Assembly (NCBI GenBank): GCA_000025185.1 | Contig: CP001848.1 | Location: 2,910,001 to 2,942,000, forward strand | DNA from: Pirellula staleyi DSM 6068 | GTDB taxonomy: Bacteria > Planctomycetota > Planctomycetia > Pirellulales > Pirellulaceae | Reading direction: 5' to 3' | DNA: 32,000 nucleotides | Shown here: positions 8,386 through 18,397 of the stretch, piece by piece | Layout: each line of letters opens with the position of its first letter | How positions within the stretch are numbered: position 1 is the first letter of the stretch | Position numbers and translations under genes: made by a program | Notes under the pieces: model-generated | What the model saw: only the letters and a program-made list of their open reading frames with translations | Databases searched by the model: none | Told to the model about the DNA's origin: nothing

Positions 8386-8537
8386 GTAGGGCCGGTTCCA
8401 CCGGCCGATCTTTTTGCCAGTTGGTAGGTCTGTTTGACTGCTGCCAGGTACGCTTGGCCTGAACTACGAGTGAGCCTGCTTTCGCTGAAGCTTCCGCATG
8501 CTCCTGCTGCTAACGCTGGCAGGAGCATGGCACCCGG
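8386..8537 (+). repeat. Structured intergenic repeat, copy B (full length, 152 bp)
   Basis: Hairpin 1 is GGCCGGT-TCC-ACCGGCC (8390-8406) followed by GATCTTTTT. A central GCCAGG/CTTGGC region follows. Hairpin 3 is CATGCTCCTGC (8497-8507) pairing with GCAGGAGCATG (8519-8529). Confidence 0.85.
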
Positions 8538-8566
8538 TTGTCCTACGGAATGGCATTCTCAGAAAG

Positions 8567-9262
8567 TTACTTGCGAATCAATTGTTCCGATGGCTGAAAC
8601 TGCAGGTCGCATTTAAACATCGATGTCTTTTTTTCTAGGTTGACGACCTCCACACTCGCTCCAAAATAATTCGCAACATAAACTATCGCGCAATTGTCAG
8701 CAATTTCGACGTGAATTAGCTGTCGGTGCCGCCCCATAACGGTGGCGGTCACAAATGACTTAACTCCGTATTCAAAAGAGCTGTCGCGGGATGATACATA
8801 CACAGTTGTAGTGGATGGGAATTCTTGGCATACAGCAACTATGCTCCACTCATCAGACGCAGCCGATGTCAGCCTTGCAGTAAAAAATTTCGACCTAAAA
8901 TCAGCGAGCGGCTTACTTACGTCGAGTTTTCGGCCATCCACCTCGATGCATGTCCCATCGTCAGTCGACTTTAGCTTCGTGCCTTTTGGAAGCCACAAAT
9001 TATGATTAAGATCGAGTTCCCAGTTCTCGTTTTCTTTCTGGATAATCTCAATCCTATCTTTGAGGGTTCTTTGAGGTCGGATGTAGCTAATCCACCAATT
9101 CGGTCGTCGCCCCTTCAGAGGCAGACCAATCGCCAGAGCCTCGTCACTACTACGAGCACTCTGGCTATTGGCATCCCTAACATCAGTTTCTTGGCTCCAT
9201 ACCAATGGTTGGCAAAATGCTAGGTGGATCAGCAGGGTCATCGTTAAGCTTGCAAGTCGCAT
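8567..9262 (-). CDS. Hypothetical secreted protein (orphan)
   Basis: 231 aa with a signal-peptide-like N-terminus (MRLASLTMTLLIHLAFCQPLVWSQE). AT-richer composition. No family recognised. Confidence 0.6.
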   Translation of the reverse strand: MRLASLTMTLLIHLAFCQPLVWSQETDVRDANSQSARSSDEALAIGLPLKGRRPNWWISYIRPQRTLKDRIEIIQKENENWELDLNHNLWLPKGTKLKSTDDGTCIEVDGRKLDVSKPLADFRSKFFTARLTSAASDEWSIVAVCQEFPSTTTVYVSSRDSSFEYGVKSFVTATVMGRHRQLIHVEIADNCAIVYVANYFGASVEVVNLEKKTSMFKCDLQFQPSEQLIRK

Positions 9263-9279
9263 AAAAGCCTCTCGAGTCG

Positions 9280-9415
9280 GTAGGGCCGATTTTTGCCAGT
9301 TGGTAGGTTTATTTGAACGCTGTCAGGTACGCTTGGCCTGACCTACGAGTGGGCCTGCTTTCGCTCAAGCTTCCGCATGCTCCTGCTGCTAATGCTGGCA
9401 GGAGCATGGCACCGG
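9280..9415 (+). repeat. Structured intergenic repeat, copy C (136 bp, lacks hairpin 1)
   Basis: It aligns to copy B with few substitutions. Differences are a 13-bp deletion (GGTTCCACCGGCC) and 1-bp indels. Hairpin 3 is at 9376-9386 / 9398-9408. Confidence 0.85.
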
Positions 9416-9463
9416 CAAGATCAAGCATTGGGTGATCGTCCTCGGGCGGTACTGAAACCGTTT

Positions 9464-10057
9464 CTAGTCCAATGGGACCTTCAATAACCGTGAACGAACT
9501 TCAAGATTGGTTGAATTTCGAGAAATGGATTCCTTGCCCCGAAAAAACCCTTCTAGCAGGCACAGCCGCGTTTCCTCTGACGATTGTGAAATCATTGTAG
9601 CGTAGTCGCGTGCCAGCCCAAATTCTCGATAAGCCTCTGCTAATTCTTGATGGCGTTCTTTGCACCTGCTAGCCATGTACCAAGGTGCGTCCGAGTAAAC
9701 ATGAATGCCGTGCCCACAACCTTTTTTCTTTCCCTTTACTATGCGAGGCTCTTCGAGCCAGAAAAAGACATGCACTTGTCCAAAACCACAGATGTCAGCA
9801 CGCATACAAACTGCTTCGATCTCGGGAGGCGGGATCAAATTACTTCCAAATTGGCTGGTTGGAATAGAAGAGCACCGTTGAAATCCTCGGCTTTCAAAAA
9901 ACTCGATAACTGCTTCTTCTGTCAAATGAGGCACCTTGCTGCTTCGATTGCTTGTCTCTGCCCGTTTCTCATGGCTTCTCCACTGCGAGCTGACAAATAG
10001 CGCAACTCCTACCAGGGAAAACACAAAGAGCATGGTCCTCAGTGAATATCGAAACAT
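9464..10057 (-). CDS. Hypothetical membrane-anchored protein (orphan)
   Basis: 197 aa. The N-terminus MFRYSLRTMLFVFSLVGVALFV is the R-[FY]-S-L-R-T-hydrophobic anchor pattern common in planctomycete small proteins (from memory). Cys/His-rich body. No family recognised. Confidence 0.6.
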   Translation of the reverse strand: MFRYSLRTMLFVFSLVGVALFVSSQWRSHEKRAETSNRSSKVPHLTEEAVIEFFESRGFQRCSSIPTSQFGSNLIPPPEIEAVCMRADICGFGQVHVFFWLEEPRIVKGKKKGCGHGIHVYSDAPWYMASRCKERHQELAEAYREFGLARDYATMISQSSEETRLCLLEGFFRGKESISRNSTNLEVRSRLLKVPLD

Positions 10058-10180
10058 TCGATCGCTACCTGGAAATCGGAGTTAATTCTGTGCGAGTAAT
10101 CGGCCATTGCTCTTTCATGCTAAGACGTTTCCCGTTTTTCGCATTCACGATTTACTGTTTTCTCTTAACTCGCTTTTTCA

Positions 10181-10321
10181 GTAGGGCCGGTTCCACCGGC
10201 CGATCTTTCAAGCCTAATTGGTAAGTTGATTTGATCTCTGTCAGGTACGGGGTACCTGACCTACAAATTTTCGAGCTTCCACATGCTCCTGCTGCTAACG
10301 CGACAGGAGCGTGGCATCCGG
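10181..10321 (+). repeat. Structured intergenic repeat, copy D (141 bp, diverged)
   Basis: Same 5' 25-mer as A and B. The central hairpin is a perfect GTCAGGTAC-GGG-GTACCTGAC. Hairpin 3 is CATGCTCCTG (10282-10291) pairing with CAGGAGCGTG (10304-10313), with one T-G pair. Confidence 0.8.
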
Positions 10322-10373
10322 CCACTCAAGCATGATGACGCTGAGCGATCGAGGGTTGCACCAAGTGGAGTTC

Positions 10374-10763
10374 TTACTTGTTTTGGCGGGTGGCGATCCA
10401 CCAGGTGGTTCCGTAGGGGTCTTGGACGCCGCCTCGTTTGTCTTCGTCCCCTTTTTGCATCGGCTCTTGCGCCGAAATGGCGCCGGCTGCTAATGCTTTT
10501 TGATAGGTGGCGTCGACGTCGCTGACATACACATGCACGTAGCACGGGATCGGTGGCCACTCGGGTGTGGAATCGGCGAGCATCAGCACGGTGTCGTCGA
10601 GACGGACTTCGGCATGCATGAGGCGGCCCGAGGGATCGGCAAACGAGCGGAGTGGTGTTGCTCCAAACACCTCAACGAGAAAGGCAATCGTTTGTTTCGC
10701 ATCGCTCACCAGCAGGTAAGGAGACACGCTGGTATAGCCGTCGGGTTTGTAGCTCTGGTTCAT
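10374..10763 (-). CDS. VOC (glyoxalase/bleomycin-resistance) family protein, PhnB-like
   Basis: Start taken at ATG 10763. MNQSYKPDGYTSVSPYLLVSDAKQTIAFLVEVFGA...RLMHAEVRLDDTVLMLADS...GGVQDPYGTTWWIA fits the PhnB/YjdN-type VOC pattern. The upstream part of ORF 10374..10994 is low-complexity. Confidence 0.8.
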   Translation of the reverse strand: MNQSYKPDGYTSVSPYLLVSDAKQTIAFLVEVFGATPLRSFADPSGRLMHAEVRLDDTVLMLADSTPEWPPIPCYVHVYVSDVDATYQKALAAGAISAQEPMQKGDEDKRGGVQDPYGTTWWIATRQNK

Positions 10764-10920
10764 GGTCGTGGGATGGTTAGAGAGTTCGAGAGAGGCCAGG
10801 GCTTCGTGCAACATAGAGGTGGATGAAAAGGTGATGCGAGCTGCTCCCTGGCCAGAGAGCCCAGTGCCACTTAAGGGGCGGTTGGTACTCGAGTTTAGGT
10901 GAGTGGGGGAAGTGGAGGCA

Positions 10921-10961
10921 ATAAAAAAACTCCTCGCACAACGGGTAGTCGTGCAAGGAGT
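10921..10961 (-). terminator. Rho-independent terminator of acnA
   Basis: An 11-bp stem (10929-10939 / 10951-10961) with an 11-nt loop, followed on the minus strand by a T-run (plus-strand A-run 10923-10929). The single non-Watson-Crick pair is G-U in the minus-strand transcript and C-A in the plus, which fits minus-strand function. Confidence 0.7.
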
Positions 10962-11015
10962 TAATAGGTTTTTTAAGTAGCCAGTTGTGGGCATCGCGGC
11001 AGCGATGCGCGGGAC

Positions 11016-13742
<2,727 letters not shown>

Positions 13743-14144
13743 GGGCGCTTGCTATATGGCTGGAAAACAAGATCGGGGTGGCTGTAAAGTGCGCGGCGCG
13801 TCCCCTCGCAGGAGCATCCAAGAACGCTCGGAGGAGAGATCGCCGATTGTAGCCGATTGTCGCGCCATTAGTAGTCACTTCTGCGACCCGTTTTCGGTTG
13901 CCATCGCCAGCCGGCGGCTGGCCGGCAAGTGTGCCTAGTTTTTGGGCGTCCCTCAGCCGCTTTCGGCTGAATGCAAACGGTGTACCTGGAGGAGGAAGGG
14001 GCGGCCTAGGGGCGGCAGTAAGAGGGGAAAGAAGGGGGAGAGTATGAGGATGGGCTGCACTTAGGCTGTAGTTCTCTTTCCCCCCAGTCCCTCGCCTCCC
14101 GTCTGTCGCCCCTTGCAGGCGGCTGCTTTTCCATTTTCGGTCCA

Positions 14145-14174
14145 TTGCATGCTCGGGGGCGACCTTGCTACAAT
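14145..14174 (+). promoter_or_regulatory. Candidate sigma70-like promoter upstream of ffh
   Basis: TTGCAT (14145-14150), 18-nt spacer, TACAAT (14169-14174), about 140 nt before the ffh ATG. This is a pattern match only, and planctomycete promoter rules are poorly known. Confidence 0.25.
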
Positions 14175-14312
14175 GCCCGGTTTCCCTACTAGCGTTCTGC
14201 CCCGACCTATGCGCGGCAAGCTGGTGTGGGGACTGTAGTTGCGTCCATTTAAGTTGGTAGCTGGCCGAGAGTTAGAATCTCGACGAGCTGCCCCAGGTAT
14301 TGTCGTCGACCC

Positions 14313-15788
14313 ATGTTCGAGTCACTGCAAAACGGTTTGAAAAGTGCGCTCAAGACCTTGCAAGGCAAGGCCCGGCTCACCGAATCGAACATGCGCGAAG
14401 GGCTCAAGCTGGTCGAACAAAGCCTGCTCGAGGCCGACGTCGGTCTCGATGTGGTGCGCGACTTCATGGGCCGCGTCACCGAAAAAGCGGTCGGCGAAAA
14501 GGTCCTGCTAGCACTCGACCCAACGCAGCAAGTCGTTGGTATTGTTCGAGATGAGCTGATTACGCTCCTCGGCGGACCTGCCGAACCGACGATCAAGCTC
14601 AAGGCCGGACTCAACATCTTCATGCTCTGCGGTTTGCAGGGTAGTGGTAAGACCACCACCTGCGGCAAGCTCAGCACGCTGCTGATGAAGAGCAAACAGT
14701 CGGTCATGCTGTGCGCCGCCGACTTGCAACGACCCGCTGCCATCGAGCAGCTGCACATTATCGGCAAACAGCTGGGTGTGCCGGTCTTCAGCAAACCGGG
14801 CGAACAAGACCCGGTGAAGGTGTGCCAGGAAGCGGTCGAAGAAGCCAAAAAGAAAGATGTCACCGTCCTCATCCTCGATACCGCCGGCCGCTTGGCGATC
14901 GATGAAGAGTTGATGGCTCAGCTCAAGCGAATCGACAACCGAGTCGAGCCCGATCAGGTGTTCCTCGTGGTCGATGGTATGACCGGTCAAGATGCGGTCC
15001 GCAGTGCCGGAGCATTCAACGATGCTCTCGAACTCGACGGCCTGATCATGACCAAACTCGACGGCGACACCCGTGGTGGTGCGCTGCTGTCGGTCCGGCA
15101 GGTCACCGGCGTCCCGATCAAATTCATTGGTACTGGCGAGCATCTCGATGCCCTCGAGCCGTTCCGTCCCGAAGGGATGGCGGGCCGAATTCTCGGTCTC
15201 GGCGACGTGCTGGGGCTCGTCGATGTGGTTCGGTCGGCTGTCGACGAACAGCAGGCCAAAGAACTCGAAGCGAAACTCGCCGCTGGCGATTTCACACTCG
15301 ACGACTTTAAGAAGCAGCTCAAGAGTGTGCTTCAGCCAGGCCTGATGATGAAGATGCTCGGCATGCTTCCCGGCATGGGCGATCTGACAAAGATGATGAG
15401 CGGAATGGACGCCGAAGGTGGCGCCCGACGTTTGGTGGGGATCATCGATTCGATGACGCCGCAGGAACGTCGAATTCCCAAGATCATCGATATGCAGCGT
15501 CGTCAGCGCATCGCTCGGGGGGCAGGCGTTCAGCCGCAAGAGGTGAACGAGCTACTCAAGCAGTACAACACCATGGCCCCCATCATGAAGATGATGGCTG
15601 GTCAGGGAGCCGGTGGCCGGATGGCTGCCATTCAGCAGTTGCAGCGTTCGGGAGCTTTTAATCCTGGTGCTCAGCTGAGTCGGCCCAAGGGGGATACTGG
15701 CAAGCGACTTTCGAGCGAAGAGAAAGCCGATCTCCGCAAGAAACGCGAAAAAGAGCTTCGCAAGAAGCGTCGCGGCGGTCGCGATTAA
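14313..15788 (+). CDS. ffh: Signal recognition particle protein Ffh
   Basis: 491 aa. N domain, SRP54 GTPase (GLQGSGKTTTCGKL, DTAGR, TKLDGD), a Met-rich M domain (MMKMLGMLPGMG) and a basic C-terminal tail. Confidence 0.97.
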   Translation: MFESLQNGLKSALKTLQGKARLTESNMREGLKLVEQSLLEADVGLDVVRDFMGRVTEKAVGEKVLLALDPTQQVVGIVRDELITLLGGPAEPTIKLKAGLNIFMLCGLQGSGKTTTCGKLSTLLMKSKQSVMLCAADLQRPAAIEQLHIIGKQLGVPVFSKPGEQDPVKVCQEAVEEAKKKDVTVLILDTAGRLAIDEELMAQLKRIDNRVEPDQVFLVVDGMTGQDAVRSAGAFNDALELDGLIMTKLDGDTRGGALLSVRQVTGVPIKFIGTGEHLDALEPFRPEGMAGRILGLGDVLGLVDVVRSAVDEQQAKELEAKLAAGDFTLDDFKKQLKSVLQPGLMMKMLGMLPGMGDLTKMMSGMDAEGGARRLVGIIDSMTPQERRIPKIIDMQRRQRIARGAGVQPQEVNELLKQYNTMAPIMKMMAGQGAGGRMAAIQQLQRSGAFNPGAQLSRPKGDTGKRLSSEEKADLRKKREKELRKKRRGGRD

Positions 15789-15980
15789 GTTGGGTTTTAG
15801 GTCCTGGGTTATTAAGATCCTTGGTTATTTAGATAGTGTAGCGCTGCGAATTTCGCACTGCTGCTTTGACATAAAACATAAGAGGCAGATGCTTTAGAAG
15901 CGTTATTAGGCGATCTTCTAAGGCTTTCACCTCTCGACAATTAACATTACTAGCGATCATTCGCTGAGAAGGAGTGTGAC

Positions 15981-16379
15981 GTGGCAGTTCGAATTCGTTT
16001 GAAGAAGATGGGACGCACCAAGCGTCCGTTTTTCCGCGTGTGTGCTATCGATTCGCGTTGTCCGCGCGATGGCCGCGTGATTGAAGAGCTCGGCATCTAC
16101 GACCCGATGGTCAAGGATGTCGATGCGCGTGCGATCCTCAAGGGGGAACGCATTCAGCACTGGCTGAGCGTTGGTGCGCAGCCATCGGATGCAGTGGCGG
16201 TTTTGATCAAGAAGTATGGCACCAACGGCACGCACCTTGCCAAACAGCAAGCTGCTCTGGAACACAAGAAAACGTTCCGCCGTCAGGCACCAGCTCCTTA
16301 CATTCCACCACCCAAGCCAGCCGAACCAGCACCCGCTCCTGAAGCCGCCGAAGCACCTGCTGAAGCAGCCGCTGAGTAG
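15981..16379 (+). CDS. rpsP: 30S ribosomal protein S16 with Pro/Ala-rich C-terminal extension
   Basis: GTG start with AAGGAG at 15969-15974. MAVRIRLKKMGRTKRPFFRVCAIDSRCPRDGRVIEELGIYDP is canonical S16. The tail is PAPYIPPPKPAEPAPAPEAAEAPAEAAAE. Confidence 0.95.
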   Translation: MAVRIRLKKMGRTKRPFFRVCAIDSRCPRDGRVIEELGIYDPMVKDVDARAILKGERIQHWLSVGAQPSDAVAVLIKKYGTNGTHLAKQQAALEHKKTFRRQAPAPYIPPPKPAEPAPAPEAAEAPAEAAAE

Positions 16380-16407
16380 TGTCGCGCGGGAAGTTGAGTA
16401 GTGCCTC

Positions 16408-17229
16408 GTGCGATTCGACGTCCTCACGATCTTCCCCGCCATGTTCGAAAGCTACCTTGGGCAGTCGCTGCTCAAGAAGGCGATCGACGCGGGCAAAATC
16501 TCGGTTCACCTACACGACCTCCGCGAGTGGTCGGGGGACAAACACAACAAGGTCGATGATCGGCCTTTTGGTGGTGGTCCTGGGATGGTGATTCGGGTGC
16601 AGCCGGTGGTGGAAGCAGTGGAGGCGATTCAGTCGCAGGGCGATGCTCCCCCGCATGTGATCCTGCTCACGCCGCAAGGGCGTAAGCTCTCGCAGCCAGT
16701 AGTGGAAGAATTGGCCACCAAGCCGCGTTTACTGCTGCTTTGTGGTCGGTACGAAGGTTTTGATCAGCGTGTGATCGATATCCTCGCGCCCGATGAGATT
16801 TCGATTGGCGACTATGTACTCAACGGTGGCGAAGTGGCCGCGATGGCCATTATCGACGCCTGTATCCGCCTAGTGCCCGGTGTGCTCGGCGATGAAGAGA
16901 GTAGTCATACCGATTCGTTCTCGTCGGGCAACCGTTTGCTCGAAGGGGCCCAGTACACTCGGCCTCGCGAGTATCGCGGACATGAGGTGCCAGAGGTTTT
17001 GCTCGGTGGAAATCACCAGCAAATCGCCCTCTGGCGAGCAGCAGAGAGTTTGCAGAAGACCACCGAGCGTCGCTCCGATCTCCTCACTCCCGAGGAAATC
17101 GCGAAGCGGACTCCCCAGCGAAAGCGTTCGCGGCGAAAAACGTCGCCCACGATCGACCCGCCGGCAAGTGGTGCTGCTTCCGCTCCCAAGCTCGAGGCAT
17201 CCGCTGATCCAACACCTCCAAACCCTTAA
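16408..17229 (+). CDS. trmD: tRNA (guanine37-N1)-methyltransferase TrmD with basic/Pro-rich C-terminal extension
   Basis: GTG start. MRFDVLTIFPAMFESYL...DDRPFGGGPGMV...LLCGRYEGFDQRV...SIGDYVLNGGE is the canonical TrmD pattern. Confidence 0.95.
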   Translation: MRFDVLTIFPAMFESYLGQSLLKKAIDAGKISVHLHDLREWSGDKHNKVDDRPFGGGPGMVIRVQPVVEAVEAIQSQGDAPPHVILLTPQGRKLSQPVVEELATKPRLLLLCGRYEGFDQRVIDILAPDEISIGDYVLNGGEVAAMAIIDACIRLVPGVLGDEESSHTDSFSSGNRLLEGAQYTRPREYRGHEVPEVLLGGNHQQIALWRAAESLQKTTERRSDLLTPEEIAKRTPQRKRSRRKTSPTIDPPASGAASAPKLEASADPTPPNP

Positions 17230-17345
17230 AAACATGTTGAGCCAGGAACCTGGCACGAGCGATCTCCACGTCAATTGCTCGAGCACAGAGACTTGGCGTT
17301 ACCCAGACATCGAGTCACTTTTTTCGTTTCGAAGGATATAGTTAC

Positions 17346-17696
17346 ATGGCCACTGATCTCCTGGCGCTTGTCGAAAAGACCAGCCTCAAGTCGGATGTTC
17401 CTCAGTTCGCTGTCGGCGATACTGTCGACGTTCACACCCGCATTCTCGAAGGCAAAGACGAGCGGATTCAAATCTTCACGGGTGTTGTGCTCGCTCGCAG
17501 TGGCAGTGGCACTCGCGAAATGTTCACCGTCCGCCGCATCGTGTCGGGTGAAGGTGTGGAACGTAAGTTCCCTCTGCACAGCCCCAAGATTGCTAAGGTG
17601 GAAGTGAAGCGTTCGGGCGTTGTCCGTCGCGCTAAGCTCTACTACCTCCGCGATCGCGTTGGTAAGGCTGTTCGTCTCCGTGAGAAGAAGGCCTAG
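17346..17696 (+). CDS. rplS: 50S ribosomal protein L19
   Basis: 116 aa. [30 protein letters not shown]...[19 protein letters not shown] is the canonical L19 pattern. AAGGA lies upstream. Confidence 0.95.
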   Translation: MATDLLALVEKTSLKSDVPQFAVGDTVDVHTRILEGKDERIQIFTGVVLARSGSGTREMFTVRRIVSGEGVERKFPLHSPKIAKVEVKRSGVVRRAKLYYLRDRVGKAVRLREKKA

Positions 17697-17807
17697 GGCC
17701 AACTTCCGCCAGCAAGCGATTTTTCACTTGCTTCCGGGTAGAAGGTGCGCTCACACTACAGCATTCTGACTCCTGCTGTAGTTCGTTCGAGCGAGATATC
17801 TTCCCCG

Positions 17808-18260
17808 ATGGCCAAGCGAGTGAATTTCCCGCGCCGCTGGTGGCGAACGGTTCGACGCTGGACCGCTTCGCTCCTCCAACCGAAATCCCTGGGTCGCCGT
17901 GGTGAAGACGCGGCGGCCCTTTTTTTGCGCGCTCGGGGCTACTGGATCGTCGCCCGTTCGTATCGCACGTCGCTCGGGGAAATCGATCTGGTGGCGGTCG
18001 ATGGCCGGACGATTGTGTTCGTCGAAGTGAAGACACGCGTCCGCTCCGATCATGGACAGCCGTTCGACGCGGTTCATCCCGACAAGCAGCGACGACTGAC
18101 GCGGCTCGCTGCGGCCTACCTGAAGCGACACGATCTGACGCGCTATGCCAGCCGCTTCGACATCGTTTCGATCCTTTGGCCGGGTGGGCGGAAACAGCCG
18201 CTGATCGAGCATCTGCAGCATGCGTTTGAAGCGCGCGAGTCGCGTCACACGGTCGGCTGA
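17808..18260 (+). CDS. yraN: YraN-family (UPF0102) predicted endonuclease
   Basis: ATG 17808 is preferred over GTG 17745. LGRRGEDAAALFLRARGYWIVARSYRTSLGEIDLVAVDGRTIVFVEVKTR...RFDIVSI matches the YraN pattern. Confidence 0.85.
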   Translation: MAKRVNFPRRWWRTVRRWTASLLQPKSLGRRGEDAAALFLRARGYWIVARSYRTSLGEIDLVAVDGRTIVFVEVKTRVRSDHGQPFDAVHPDKQRRLTRLAAAYLKRHDLTRYASRFDIVSILWPGGRKQPLIEHLQHAFEARESRHTVG

Positions 18261-18320
18261 AACCGGCCTCGATGAGCTCGACAATTTCGCCCGAATAGCG
18301 CCCGATTTTCGCAACTCTAG

Positions 18321-18349
18321 TTGGCGGCGCAAGCGGGTCGTGGCATAAT
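18321..18349 (+). promoter_or_regulatory. Candidate sigma70-like promoter of the WYL regulator gene
   Basis: TTGGCG (18321-18326), 17-nt spacer, CATAAT (18344-18349), about 50 nt before ATG 18398. Pattern match only. Confidence 0.3.
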
Positions 18350-18397
18350 GCTTATTGCACTTTTGTTCACGTATGCACTCTGGGACGAGCACGCGCG

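Noticed and set aside
7451-10321. Interpretation of the repeats as integron attC sites or as a CRISPR array
   Set aside because: I could find no RYYYAAC / GTTRRRY core pair at the repeat ends. The element is three local hairpins rather than one long imperfect palindrome. No integron integrase is in the window and gene orientations are mixed. For CRISPR, the repeats are far too long, the spacers are 0.6-0.9 kb genes, and no cas genes are present.
14508-15539. 343-aa minus-strand ORF overlapping ffh
   Set aside because: It is antisense to canonical Ffh and has no recognisable motifs. This is a typical high-GC shadow ORF.
15789-15980. Possible promoter TTGACA (about 15866) and a GCGAA-T-TTCGC palindrome upstream of rpsP
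   Set aside because: No acceptable -10 element occurs at 16-19 nt spacing, and the palindrome is only 5 bp. Only the AAGGAG Shine-Dalgarno before GTG 15981 is convincing, and it is used as evidence for rpsP.
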